From Trichomonas gallinae (lineage: Eukaryota), in NCBI GenBank assembly GCA_008369845.1, contig MRSU01010694.1, positions 1-44,615 on the forward strand: a stretch of 44,615 nt of DNA. Direction: 5' to 3'. The notes beneath the pieces are model-generated. The model had not been told where the DNA came from. It made no database searches and worked only from the letters and a program-made list of their open reading frames with translations. This document shows, piece after piece, positions 11,029 to 21,926 of the stretch (positions are counted from its first letter, which is position 1; each line of letters opens with the position of its first letter). The translations under genes and the position numbers were made by a program.

Positions 11029-11431
11029 TTTAATATTTTTGTTTGTATTTTTAATATGATAAATTATAGTTATATTTTTTGTTTTAACTTATCTATCATT
11101 TGTTTCTCGAAGCTTATAGTTACATAATTTTCCTTAGAAGAATTTTCATTTGCTAACTGTGCTCATCCTATTGCGATATATAACGCATTATGTGCAATCC
11201 CTTGCAATGCCAGGCATCAAAAGAAAACATTTCATTATTATTTAATTCTTATTTTTTTTTTCAATTTTAACATCATTTTTCTAAAATCATGAATTATCAT
11301 ATTAATCGACAATAAACTCTTTTAAGCTCTCATTTTCATTGAGCATAGGAATCTCACTGATGTATAATACTCGTTTAAAATGGGAACATATCAAAAATGG
11401 GGTACCTATCCTTTTCGCTCTCTTTTCCAAA

Positions 11432-11473
11432 ATTTACATTGTCATTTTCTCGAATGCATCTGACAATGTAAAT
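11432..11473. repeat. Perfect 13-bp inverted repeat ATTTACATTGTCA-N16-TGACAATGTAAAT
   Basis: Read directly: 11432-11444 and 11461-11473 are exact reverse complements. Confidence 0.85.
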
Positions 11474-11801
11474 CAACTCTTTTTGACAAGCACAAAACTA
11501 TTTAAATTGTAATGTTATTTTCATGTATTTAAAAGTATAACACCTCTTCATTAATATGGTAGCGCTGATTATAATATTAATATATATCTAATCATAACAA
11601 TTATCGCAAATACAAATTAAAATATTCCAATAACTAATATTTAAAATAAATTTTGAAATAATAAATATCATAATATGCATACTGGTAAATAATATTTTGT
11701 TATTTATTTTATATTTTATTGGCTAAATAATTCTAAAAATTCACTTTTTATTATCCGAGAAAAATCTAAAATAAAAAAATCAAAATCGGTGGTATTCGTT
11801 T

Positions 11802-14800
11802 ATGAACTCTGAGCCTGATATTCTTCAGCGAGAGCGAATTAAGATGATGCCAGTCGAATTTCAGTCCATTTACAAGCATGTCGCATATCAGTTAGAAGAA
11901 TTCAACAAAGTTTCGCAAACAAAAGTATTAACTCCACAAAATAATGCACAAGCGAGCGCAATACAAAAGAAAATCACAGCAAGTCTATCTCAAACAGAAG
12001 AATGTGCCGCTGCAAAGTACCATGGATGCGAAACCGTTTCGAATTGGATGAATATTCTACAAATTGAACAGGAATCATTCGAAGGAAACCCACAAGACTC
12101 CGATGGACTGGTTTCTAATGAGAATACTGTCATCCTTACATACAGAGGCAACGCAGTTGAGCTGAAATCACTAGAATCTGAGGTACAGGAATACTTGAGG
12201 AGATTGATTAACTCGAAAGAGACACCATTAACAATTAGACTTGACAAATATCTCGCGGATTCTAAATCAAATCTAGCTACACGCCAAGATATGCTAAAAC
12301 GTTTAACAAAACAAATAGAAAAGCAAGATTCACTGTTCAAATCAGCGTCATCTGAAGGAAAACAGCTTAATGACGAGAGTGAACGCTTAAACACAATGTT
12401 AACAAGTTATCGATCTTCAGAGAACTACGGGATCATTCAGAAAGCCAAAAAACTAAAAATTATGATTGAAGACTGGAGCAACAGAAAGGCTGATCTAGCA
12501 AACAAAATAAACGAATCGAAATCAGAATTAGAAAATTATCAATCTCTCGAAAAAGCAAATTCTAATCTAACAAAAGCAGATCTTAAGAACACAGACAGTC
12601 TAAATAAACTAAAAGTTCAGTTCGAAGAGATGATTCGCGCTGTAAATGAAGAATCAGCAATCGAAGATTCGAGAAATACGACAATGATGGCTGCCATTCA
12701 GAAGGATTTAGGTGGTATTCGCAATACATTGCTGTCGCGTGAACGAAAACAGACTTCTTCGGAAATGTCAAAATGCAAATCAACTTTTGATCGATTAATG
12801 AACAGAATTAAAAAGCAAACAGCGTCAATGAAGAAACAGGCAGAGAAATCACTTAAAAGCAGCAGCAAAGAAGGACCCAGTGAAGAACAATGTTCAAATG
12901 TCTTAGACAAAGAGCACGAAAAAGACTCAAACTACTGGGGAGAGATTTTTAATGACCAAAAGAAAGAGTTCCAGGATATTTTGGACACGCATTTAACAAA
13001 TCTCAACAATGAAAAAGAAGCAGCGCTGAAAAAAATTGTCGACGAAAACGCAAATAAATACGCGATTTTATTATCGAAAAAAGAGAGATTGACCATCTCA
13101 AACTCAGAGAGGCAGATAGAGTATGAGTCCGTCCACGATAGAATCGAATCAACTGAAGGCATCTTGAATGATTTAATCGAACAATTGCACGAAAAAACTG
13201 AAGGCGAAAGTGACCTGAAAAACGCGAACGCATCAGCAAAGGGTAGAACAGATTCAGTGACATTCGAGATACGCCAGAGAATAGAGAAGATGCAGAAGTT
13301 TATTGATGGTGCAACAATAATCAGAGACGAATGCAAGAGGATGCTGAAAGAGCTGATGAAGAAAGCCGCTGATTATCAAAAAGTGCAAATTCTTCCTCGC
13401 AGTAAATCATATAATAGCATCATAGACATGCTCAACAAGAAGAAGCAAAAACAAGAAGAAGAGGAAGAAGAAAACATTAATGACGAAAACATAGAAATTG
13501 AAGAAGAAGAAAAAGCTGAAAATGTAGAAGAAGAAAATTTCGAAGAAGATAATTATGAAGAGGATGAAGTTGAAGGCGTTGACTTCTTTTACGAATTTGA
13601 AGAGCGCGAAATAGAGAACGAAGAAATGCTGAAGGACGCAATGATGCTTGTTGACGGTGGCAAGTATTCTATAGTAGACAAAGACGGAAAGAAGTTTTTG
13701 AGAATTCGCTACAGAAGAAAAATGACAGATCCGCCTTTATTCGATTGCAGCATCGTTGAGTCTAAGATTGATGAATCAGGCAACGTTACTTTCACTGATA
13801 CTGATGGAGAAGAGAAGACAATTGCTGCAGACGAGTCGAATATTTTCGTTGACGATGATGGAAATAAATTAATGATCAGCGAAAACGGAAAAATCATTAT
13901 TTTAGGCGACAAATCGAAATTAAACACAAATGATACAATGGTTTTCAAGAGACCAGATGGAACTGTTTTGATGATAGACACTGATGGTAAAGTTACAATT
14001 GTAGACACAGAAGGAAACCAAACAATTTTCGCGAGAAACGGAACAAAAACAGTTTTCAATCCAGACGGAAGCAAAGTTGTCACAGAGCAAAGCGGAAGAG
14101 TTACAGTAGATGTAGATGGAAACAAGACTATTACTGACACTGATGGCTCTACAACAACAATCGACTCTAAAACAGGAAAGAAAACTGTCGTCGATGCACA
14201 AGGAGTCACAATCATAACAGAAAAATCAGGCAAGAAGACAATTATTAATTTAGACGGCAGCAAAACAATAACGGACACAACAGGAAAGCAGATAACTGTC
14301 GATGCACAAGGCAATAAGACACTGATAAGGCCAACAGGCTCAAAGATCAACATTTTAGATCAAATTAAGGACATAAGAATGGACGACAAAGCGAAACTCG
14401 CGGTTTTGGATTCAGAAGAAGAACCAACAATCGTTGAAAAATCTGGCACAAAAACAATCATAGAAAACAACCTCGAAATAACTGTTGTCGATTCACTAAA
14501 CTCGGAAGCTGTTGTTTCATCAGATGGAGATACAACAGTAATAGAAACAGATGATGGAGTAAAAACAGTTGTTGGAAACAAAGGAACGAAAACTGTCATT
14601 GATCCAGACGGAAATCAAATCGAAATTGACGAAAAAATAAACCAAATTAAAATCGAAAATGGAACGAAAACACTTGTCGACAAAGAAGGAAATGTTACAA
14701 CAGTGCAAAACATCAACAGCAAGATTCCTGCTTATAACGAGCTCCAGCCTGAAGAAGCGAAACTGATGGTGTCAGAAAGCTCAGATGATTTATTCTCGGA

Positions 14801-16184
14801 AGAAGAAACGAATCAAGTTTACGTTAACAAAAAAGGCGCTCCAGTTGCTTTCAACGCTCAGTCTAAAGATAAAACAAGCATAAGTCATGTGAAGTTTGTA
14901 GACACAGACGAGAACCAGATAAAACTCGATCCAAGCGGAATAATGGTAATTCACGAAAAAAGTGGTAAAAAGAAAGTTGTCAATTCTGACGGTGAAACAG
15001 TCGAGATCACAAAAGACACAGACAACGTTTTCACTGATGAAGCTGGCAACAGAATTTATCTCGACAAGTCAGGCCACGTGGTATTCATTGACATTAAGCG
15101 AAATGCTGTTTACACGGACAAAGAAGGCAGCAAACTGATAATACAAGGGAAATCATATAAATTCGTTAAAAACGAAAAATCGAAGAAAACTTATCCAATC
15201 ATCATCAACCCACATTCCGAATACAAGAAAGTCAGCAGCAAGAAGCTCGATGATGACGAAGATTATGATGAATCTGATGAACAAGAAGAAGAAATCGAAG
15301 AGATTGACGAACAAGGAAACAAGAGAATTGTTCGTGTCAAAAAAGTCCATGAACCTTATCATCAATATAATAAATCCAATCCAAGGCCGTCAAAAGCTAG
15401 AGATTACAGGTCAAATGTGCCGGATATACAAAGACTGAAAGATAAGATAATTGATGAAGACGTTTTGATGTCAGAAGAAATGCCTCTAAGCGACAAAGCA
15501 GAAAAATCAGCACGTGCTCGCAGGCAGAAAAGAATATATAACGCGATTGTTGCATCTGCTTCTTCTGTTAGTTATCTGAGACCAGGAACATCAGGCGGCA
15601 AGCGAAAGGTCAAAATTCCAATTGTCACTCCTTTCAGGTCTTATTCTTTTTCAAGCTTGCAGGTCATCAACCAAAAGCAGCCAAGATATGTATGGGTTAG
15701 GAAACACACTGGCCAATATGGTGTGTATGAGCCTTCAAGAACGTTGCTCGGATCACTGCAAGTTTACAATTTCCAGGACCAGATATGGAGAGGAAAGTCA
15801 TTCAAAGCTGGAACGATAAACACTCAGTCTCAGCTGAAGAGATTGGTTACACCAGAGAGACAGCAGAGGCAGCCAATTCCGCCGATTGACACATCATCAC
15901 TTAGCGAAGAGCCACTTTCTGCGACAGCGAATTTGTCATCGATTATAGGAAAGAGGAATCCTATTTTCATTCCAAAAGTTACTTACTCAGCTAGAAGAGC
16001 TCCAGTAACAGTAAGAAACTATGGAGTTAAGCCAAGAGTTTCACCAAGAAGACATTACGTCCTGACAAAAAGCGACGATAGAATATTTGAAGTCACTCCT
16101 GATGCTCCATTGATTTCCATCAAGCCACTCTCCAAAGAATGGATATTAAAGGAGATATCAAAGAAAGGAACACACTTAATTTAA
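11802..16184 (+). CDS. Large coiled-coil protein with acidic linker, ~9-aa beta-hairpin (DG/SG-turn) repeats and basic disordered tail
   Basis: 1460-aa ORF. N-terminal ~540 aa are coiled-coil-like, followed by an E-rich tract and repeats such as PDGTVLMID-TDGKVTIVD-TEGNQTIFA-RNGTKTVFN-PDGSKVVTE. Confidence 0.85.
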   Translation: MNSEPDILQRERIKMMPVEFQSIYKHVAYQLEEFNKVSQTKVLTPQNNAQASAIQKKITASLSQTEECAAAKYHGCETVSNWMNILQIEQESFEGNPQDSDGLVSNENTVILTYRGNAVELKSLESEVQEYLRRLINSKETPLTIRLDKYLADSKSNLATRQDMLKRLTKQIEKQDSLFKSASSEGKQLNDESERLNTMLTSYRSSENYGIIQKAKKLKIMIEDWSNRKADLANKINESKSELENYQSLEKANSNLTKADLKNTDSLNKLKVQFEEMIRAVNEESAIEDSRNTTMMAAIQKDLGGIRNTLLSRERKQTSSEMSKCKSTFDRLMNRIKKQTASMKKQAEKSLKSSSKEGPSEEQCSNVLDKEHEKDSNYWGEIFNDQKKEFQDILDTHLTNLNNEKEAALKKIVDENANKYAILLSKKERLTISNSERQIEYESVHDRIESTEGILNDLIEQLHEKTEGESDLKNANASAKGRTDSVTFEIRQRIEKMQKFIDGATIIRDECKRMLKELMKKAADYQKVQILPRSKSYNSIIDMLNKKKQKQEEEEEENINDENIEIEEEEKAENVEEENFEEDNYEEDEVEGVDFFYEFEEREIENEEMLKDAMMLVDGGKYSIVDKDGKKFLRIRYRRKMTDPPLFDCSIVESKIDESGNVTFTDTDGEEKTIAADESNIFVDDDGNKLMISENGKIIILGDKSKLNTNDTMVFKRPDGTVLMIDTDGKVTIVDTEGNQTIFARNGTKTVFNPDGSKVVTEQSGRVTVDVDGNKTITDTDGSTTTIDSKTGKKTVVDAQGVTIITEKSGKKTIINLDGSKTITDTTGKQITVDAQGNKTLIRPTGSKINILDQIKDIRMDDKAKLAVLDSEEEPTIVEKSGTKTIIENNLEITVVDSLNSEAVVSSDGDTTVIETDDGVKTVVGNKGTKTVIDPDGNQIEIDEKINQIKIENGTKTLVDKEGNVTTVQNINSKIPAYNELQPEEAKLMVSESSDDLFSEEETNQVYVNKKGAPVAFNAQSKDKTSISHVKFVDTDENQIKLDPSGIMVIHEKSGKKKVVNSDGETVEITKDTDNVFTDEAGNRIYLDKSGHVVFIDIKRNAVYTDKEGSKLIIQGKSYKFVKNEKSKKTYPIIINPHSEYKKVSSKKLDDDEDYDESDEQEEEIEEIDEQGNKRIVRVKKVHEPYHQYNKSNPRPSKARDYRSNVPDIQRLKDKIIDEDVLMSEEMPLSDKAEKSARARRQKRIYNAIVASASSVSYLRPGTSGGKRKVKIPIVTPFRSYSFSSLQVINQKQPRYVWVRKHTGQYGVYEPSRTLLGSLQVYNFQDQIWRGKSFKAGTINTQSQLKRLVTPERQQRQPIPPIDTSSLSEEPLSATANLSSIIGKRNPIFIPKVTYSARRAPVTVRNYGVKPRVSPRRHYVLTKSDDRIFEVTPDAPLISIKPLSKEWILKEISKKGTHLI

Positions 16185-16563
16185 TACTAAAATTTTTTGT
16201 TTGTAGTTTTACTGAAAAAAAATACATTTTTTTATATAAATCAATCATTATGAATTTACTCAGGTTTTGGAAGAGCAAATTACAAAAATGAAACTCATTA
16301 TCTTATCAATTGTTGAAGTCCTCTTTTTTACACCTATTTGCATTATAATATTTTCATTCTTGAGATGATATATATATAGAATATGAATCTTTTCTTTTCT
16401 CCAAATAAAAAGAAGGTTGAATAATTCTTTATTTCTCATTTTACTATTTGTTCTAAGAAATATGATTATTTTTCTTCATTTCTAACTTGCTTCTTAACTT
16501 CAAATATTGATTGTAGATTAAAATAAAAAAATATTTCAAAAAGAATTGATTTAAGACGTAGAA

Positions 16564-18744
16564 TTAGTAGCCCTGTGTGATTAATGGTGTAGAATCCATA
16601 TTGTTCTTATCACTACGGCATATGCAGAAGAAGCAGACGACTGCAACGAGGGCGACAATGATGACACCGCCAACAATGGACTCAATGATGACAACCTTCT
16701 TCATCATTTGGAAGTCTTCTGATGGTGTGATTGAGTTGGATGGAGATGGTGTTTGGGCTGGTGTTGGCTTTGGTGATGGGGTTGGCGATCTTGGTGGAGA
16801 TGGTGATCTAGATGGGGATGGTGCCTTTGTTGGAGCTGGTGGAAGTGGTGCAACCTCTGGGCAGACGTCAAGCTTGGACTGGATTGTCTGGCCCATGAAT
16901 ATCTGTGGCAAGAAAGACTTTGTGGTGTAGATGAAGACTTTGTTGATCAAGTTAAGCTTGCCCTTTGGTTCCTTAGTGCCGCAGTAAACGAGTGTGTCGA
17001 AGCGTGGAGCCATTGCGAACATGTTGCCATTGATTGCGTCGATGTCTGCGTGGAAGAGAACACTTCTGAGCTTCTCGCACATGCAGAATGAGTGCTCAAG
17101 GAATACTGTGTTTCCGCGGACGTGGACTGTCTTCAAGTTCATGTTGTTCTTGAATGCGTGGTCCTGAGAGTACTTGAGGGACTTTGAAAGTTCAAGTTCT
17201 TCGAAGCCGCATCCATAGAAAGCCTTGGCGCCGATGTAAACGAGGTTCTGGTGGTCGAGTGGGATGTTGAGGTTCTTACAGCCCTTGAATGCTTCATCGC
17301 CGATGGAAACAACAGCTGGCATCTTGATATTGAATAATGATCCGCATCCCATGAAGGCCTTGTTGTGGATGTTCTGTGCCTCTGGGATGTTAACAAGGGA
17401 GAGTGTTGGGCAGTTAGCGAAAACACTGTTCTTGACTATTGTGACACCGCTTGGAGCAGAGAAGTAAGCCAAGTTCTGGCAGCCTTCGAATGCGTGTCCG
17501 CAGATTGTGCTAGCTGTAACTGTGATTGAGATAGCCTTGCAGCCAGCGAATGCGTATTGGCCGATGTACTTGTAGTCAGTCTTAACAACGATCTGGTCTT
17601 CGTTACCAGCATAGCAGTAAATCATTTCCTTTGATTTTCTGATGAGAAGATGGTTGTCTTGGTCGGTTATATAGTTGTCGTTGTTGCTGATCTTGAATGA
17701 AGCACCAGACTTGATACCAGCGAAGCAGCCTGGAGCGGCCCACTGAAGGTAGTCCTGGATTGTGATATCATCGATGTTTGTGTTGAAGTAGGCAACCTCC
17801 CAGATCTGGTAGATGTGGCCGTTGTAGTTGATCTTGTTCAAGTTGACGCAGCCATAGAAAGCACCTGCTGGAACCCAGTACATTGATGTTGGGAATGTGA
17901 ATGTTGTGAGTTTGAGGTTTCCAGCGAAAGCGTATGCTTCGAATGTGTAGTGAGCATTCTCAAAGCCAGAGAAGACAGCATTCGGGCAGTTGTGGAAGCC
18001 ATAAGCTTGGATTTCCTTAAGGCAGGAACCGAATGTAACTTTTTCGAGCTTCTTGCAGTCGCAGAAAGCGTGGACACCAACAAGAAGGATGTGGGAAAGA
18101 TCGATCTCCTTGATGGCAGAGCCGTGGAAGCAGTATCTTGGGATTTCTGTGATTGATGATGGAAGTCTCACTGAAACTTGTGTTCCAGCGAACATGTACT
18201 GGCTGAGCTCTGTTGTGTCGTCTGGAAGTGCGCATTCTGTGAGTGCTGTGCAGCCCTTGAAGAGAGCAATGCCGAATGAGCGTTGAACGCCAGCAACTGG
18301 CTTGGAGTTGTCACCGTTTGCTGGTGCGAACTTCCTGAGGTTGACGCAGCCCTGGAATGCGCTGGCTTCAAATGTCATTGTTGTCTGTCTGTAATAGAAT
18401 TCTTCTAATGCGAGGCAGCTCTGGAAGCAGTTGTAGCCGATATACTCGCAGCCCTCTGGAGCTGTGAATCTCTCAAGCTTGTTGCAGCCGTGGAAAGCAG
18501 CAGAATTGATTGTCTTGATTTTGTTGTTGAATTGGACTGTTTCGACGTTCATTCCTGCGAATGCGCCGTCTGGAATTTCATTGTATGAACCGTCGATGAC
18601 GATCTTTGTTACTTCGCGGCCATTGACTTGTTTGTCGATGGCTTCCCTTGTATAGTCGCTGTCTGCAACGATGGACAGCTTCTTTGTGCTGGGATCGTAA
18701 ACGATAGAGTTTGCTGCAAATGCTGAAGCAATAAACAGAAACAT
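16564..18744 (-). CDS. BspA: BspA-like (TpLRR/LRR_5) type-I membrane surface protein
   Basis: Short signal peptide MFLFIASAFA; repeated IxxxAFxGCxxL units; Pro/Ser/Thr stalk; transmembrane helix IVGGVIIVALVAVVCFFCIC; short cytosolic tail. TCATTT Inr ~20 nt upstream. Confidence 0.92.
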   Translation of the reverse strand: MFLFIASAFAANSIVYDPSTKKLSIVADSDYTREAIDKQVNGREVTKIVIDGSYNEIPDGAFAGMNVETVQFNNKIKTINSAAFHGCNKLERFTAPEGCEYIGYNCFQSCLALEEFYYRQTTMTFEASAFQGCVNLRKFAPANGDNSKPVAGVQRSFGIALFKGCTALTECALPDDTTELSQYMFAGTQVSVRLPSSITEIPRYCFHGSAIKEIDLSHILLVGVHAFCDCKKLEKVTFGSCLKEIQAYGFHNCPNAVFSGFENAHYTFEAYAFAGNLKLTTFTFPTSMYWVPAGAFYGCVNLNKINYNGHIYQIWEVAYFNTNIDDITIQDYLQWAAPGCFAGIKSGASFKISNNDNYITDQDNHLLIRKSKEMIYCYAGNEDQIVVKTDYKYIGQYAFAGCKAISITVTASTICGHAFEGCQNLAYFSAPSGVTIVKNSVFANCPTLSLVNIPEAQNIHNKAFMGCGSLFNIKMPAVVSIGDEAFKGCKNLNIPLDHQNLVYIGAKAFYGCGFEELELSKSLKYSQDHAFKNNMNLKTVHVRGNTVFLEHSFCMCEKLRSVLFHADIDAINGNMFAMAPRFDTLVYCGTKEPKGKLNLINKVFIYTTKSFLPQIFMGQTIQSKLDVCPEVAPLPPAPTKAPSPSRSPSPPRSPTPSPKPTPAQTPSPSNSITPSEDFQMMKKVVIIESIVGGVIIVALVAVVCFFCICRSDKNNMDSTPLITQGY

Positions 18745-19394
18745 TAAATAATTTTTGAAAAAATGACAGCTTTAAAAACCAAAAATACAGCACCCTTATA
18801 TCTTGTATTTCACGTTTTATATGTTTATCCACCGTTTTTGGCGATTTTTGAAATCTTTACAATTGATATCGATATAATGGAATTTGGACATGTTTAATGT
18901 AACTAGAAAATGTTAAAATTTCAATTAGTCATGCCAAAAATATATGTTATCGGTAACTTCATTCCTTACATTTTTTAAATATTGTGCTGATTTAAAGATT
19001 ACTCAAGGATTGATATATATTAACGAAGGAATCCACAAGACTTATTAGTTTCCATGTAAAAACCAAAATGATATATTCATTATTCTACAGTTAAAGCATC
19101 ATTAAGCTTCAGATATTGATTCTTTATATGATATAATATCTAATAATATAAATTACATCTTTATTCATATATGTTGGGCTTGTATATTTTATCAGTGCTT
19201 TTATTGAATCTGAGTTTGAGAGTTTTATCGCACTCATTGTTTGAGAGTTCAAGAATGGTTTCACCAGAATAATAGAGATATCATAGAACTTTTCTTGCGC
19301 TGCAAAGTTCATGAATTTTTTTTGTTATATAGGTATTATTCTTATTTGTTATAGATAAAATTTTAAAATATTGAAATTACAAATGATAAATTGG

Positions 19395-21143
19395 TTATTG
19401 TCTATTCCTCGACCACAGTTTTTCGTCACTGGCCATTTTCTCGTCACTTACAGCATCGGATTTAAATTTGTCTGAAGATAACTGAACATCTCCAAGCTCG
19501 TCTGAGTTCAAGCCATAGTCCGTGTAGCTCTGCTCAGAGTACGACTTTGGACTCTTCGGCACCGAAGCTACAGACGACTTTTTAGATGTTGACGTTGTGT
19601 CAGATTTTCCAGCAGACAAAATGTTGATGGAGACACCAGTAGGTGTTGAAGTGTTATCATTCTGCAAGGCCGACTTGCTAGGCACCTGGTTATCATCATT
19701 CAAGAACTCACCGAGAGGAGAAACCTTCGCGCGCCTGTTGAAAGTGTCTTGAGAGTAGGACTGGTTATTCGAAATCGAGCCAGTCTGTGTGCCAGGCTGA
19801 GGCAATGAGGGCGGCGGAACTTTCTTCTTCCTAGTAGATGAAGCAGTGGAGTATTCCCCTGTCGTTGTGTTATTCGCTGACTTTCTAGAGCTGGCGTCTG
19901 ATGTTTTTGTCGTGTTATTCGCTGATTTTCTAGAATTTGCATCTGATGACTTTGTTGTGTTGTTTGTCGACTTTCTTGAGTTTGCGTCTGATGACTTTGG
20001 CTTGTCGCCGAATTCGACTGTCGAGTGCCTCGAATGCGTTGACTTCTTAGAGGCATATGAAGTGCGGGACTTGGTCGACGCGTGTGATGCAGTGGAAGTT
20101 CTGTGCGGCTTCTCTTTGACGAGCTGATGATCAAAAGTATCAGTGGTGGGAATTGTGTTGTCTCGCGATTCACCTGTGTGCTCACCTCTTGGGATGGTAA
20201 TTTCTTCGTATGTGTACGTGTATTGTGTGATTGGTGGTGTCTGTTGTGTTCCGTATGTGTTTGTATATGATGGAGTAATCGAATTCTTTGGTGTTGGAGG
20301 TTCTGTGGATTTTGTGTCTGTAATTGATAGTGTAACTTGTACGGCTTCGTCTGGTAGCTGTACTTTAGCTTTCCTTGGACGCTTTCTTGCGACTTTCTTT
20401 GTTTTCTTCTTTGGCTCTGGTTCTGGTGGAGTTGGAGTGAAATCGTCTTGTGTTGTTGATGTTGTAGTCTCCGCAGCATGCGTTAATGTCTTTGTAAGAG
20501 CCTGTTCTTGCATCTGTTGAGCTGCAGGCCTTGCATATTTCATCTCGTGTGGCTTTGAGCGAACTGGCTTCTTTGGAGGAATCTTCCATGGATTTTTAGG
20601 CTCATCATCTGTGGCAGCAGTTGTTGTATGCTTTCCAGATCCAATTGTAAAATCTTCTTCTGGAATTTTAGCGTTTCTAGAAACGACGGCTTCTTGTTCG
20701 GCTGTTGAGAATGTATCTGATATCATAGTGTGAACTGCTGAGTTTTCTTCTGGAGAAGGTCTCAAACTTTGTTTTCTTTCTGATTTCTTCCAGAGAGTGA
20801 CAATTTGATGTACTAAATCTGATGGGTTTCGTATTCTTAGTTTTCGTGCGGTTTCATTTTTCTCTTGTTTCGGTGAAAATTGTTGATTAGTTTCATTTAA
20901 TATTGTTTTTTCTGTGTGAAACATTTTATGTTCAGCGATATAATGCATTACAAGCTCTTTTGCAAGCTCCTGAGCCGAGTTATTTGGAATTCTGACGTTG
21001 TTTTCGAAAGCTGGATGTTTTGATTCTTGAACGGCTTCACATACTTTCTCCAAATAGTTCGCATGCATATCCATGAGCAACCCGCTCTTGGCTAGTGAGT
21101 CTGTCATTGCTTTTTGAGCGTCTTGCTTTATCGAAACGCTCAT
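19395..21143 (-). CDS. LisH-motif protein with FOP/OFD1-like N-terminus and long S/T/K-rich disordered region
   Basis: 582-aa ORF. AKELVMHYIAEHKMFHTEKTILNET fits the LisH pattern. The preceding DSLAKSGLLMDMHA..EKVCEAV resembles the TOF motif of the FOP/TON1/OFD1 family. Confidence 0.7.
   Translation of the reverse strand: MSVSIKQDAQKAMTDSLAKSGLLMDMHANYLEKVCEAVQESKHPAFENNVRIPNNSAQELAKELVMHYIAEHKMFHTEKTILNETNQQFSPKQEKNETARKLRIRNPSDLVHQIVTLWKKSERKQSLRPSPEENSAVHTMISDTFSTAEQEAVVSRNAKIPEEDFTIGSGKHTTTAATDDEPKNPWKIPPKKPVRSKPHEMKYARPAAQQMQEQALTKTLTHAAETTTSTTQDDFTPTPPEPEPKKKTKKVARKRPRKAKVQLPDEAVQVTLSITDTKSTEPPTPKNSITPSYTNTYGTQQTPPITQYTYTYEEITIPRGEHTGESRDNTIPTTDTFDHQLVKEKPHRTSTASHASTKSRTSYASKKSTHSRHSTVEFGDKPKSSDANSRKSTNNTTKSSDANSRKSANNTTKTSDASSRKSANNTTTGEYSTASSTRKKKVPPPSLPQPGTQTGSISNNQSYSQDTFNRRAKVSPLGEFLNDDNQVPSKSALQNDNTSTPTGVSINILSAGKSDTTSTSKKSSVASVPKSPKSYSEQSYTDYGLNSDELGDVQLSSDKFKSDAVSDEKMASDEKLWSRNRQ
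19864..19998 (-). repeat. Coding tandem repeat, 3 x 45 bp (KSSDANSRKSxNNTT)
   Basis: Three consecutive imperfect 45-bp units, visible in both DNA and protein. Confidence 0.9.
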
Positions 21144-21926
21144 TTTTTAATTAACGATTTCAGTTTTTTCTCGTCGACAAAATTCTAGCCTAGAATTCGG
21201 GCTGGTTTTCTGGATATAGCATCTAACCATTGGTTGGGTTTCATAGTTATGATATCTAAGAGTTTCATAAAAGTGTTTTGGAAATATAAAATAGATTTTT
21301 CAAATATTATAAACAGAACTAAGCATGTTGCCTATATAAAGATTTTTATGAAATATGAAGTTTTAAATCAAGAAAAATAGCTATTATAGTTTAAAATATA
21401 AATAAGTTATATTATTATTCTGTCTTAAGATAATTCTCTTAAACCATGATATATATATTTGTGTAATTAAAGTCATTTTTGCTACTAAAAAACGTTAAAA
21501 ATTGTATTTTAATTGTACGAAAATATCAACTTATTTTTAGCATACAGGTCGAATGCATACGAAATAAATCCTTATATATATTATATATAAATGAGAATTT
21601 ACTAATATAAGCAACTAAAAATGAATATCAAAGATAAAAATACTTACATATCAATAAATATTACATCAAACACATGTAGATAAGATATATTAAATGTAAT
21701 ATATATTTTAAATACCTATATATTTCATAGAGATGCTTTTTTTCAGAGTGATCATGAAAATATTGATATAGCATTTAGAATACTTGTTTAGTCTTCTCAA
21801 GAAAGGTGTAGACATAATACTACTACTAGACTCATTTTCGAAGGCTCAAATTCTAGTAGTGTGGTTATGATAATGAAAATTATGACACTTTTCGTCATGT
21901 GAAAAAAAAAATTAAAAATTTGACTG

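Noticed and set aside
11990..14708. Antisense ORFs (up to 214 aa) within the 1460-aa gene
   Set aside because: Mirror of the repetitive sense-strand codons.
16577..18832. Antisense and alternate-frame ORFs within BspA
   Set aside because: Expected by-product of strong codon bias; no independent protein features.
19124..19312. 62-aa minus-strand ORF between BspA and the LisH gene
   Set aside because: No recognisable motif and AT-rich; cannot be distinguished from chance or a decayed fragment.
19700..20589. 259-aa alternate-frame Q/H/R-rich ORF and antisense ORFs in the LisH gene
   Set aside because: Shifted reading of ACA/TCA-rich low-complexity codons.
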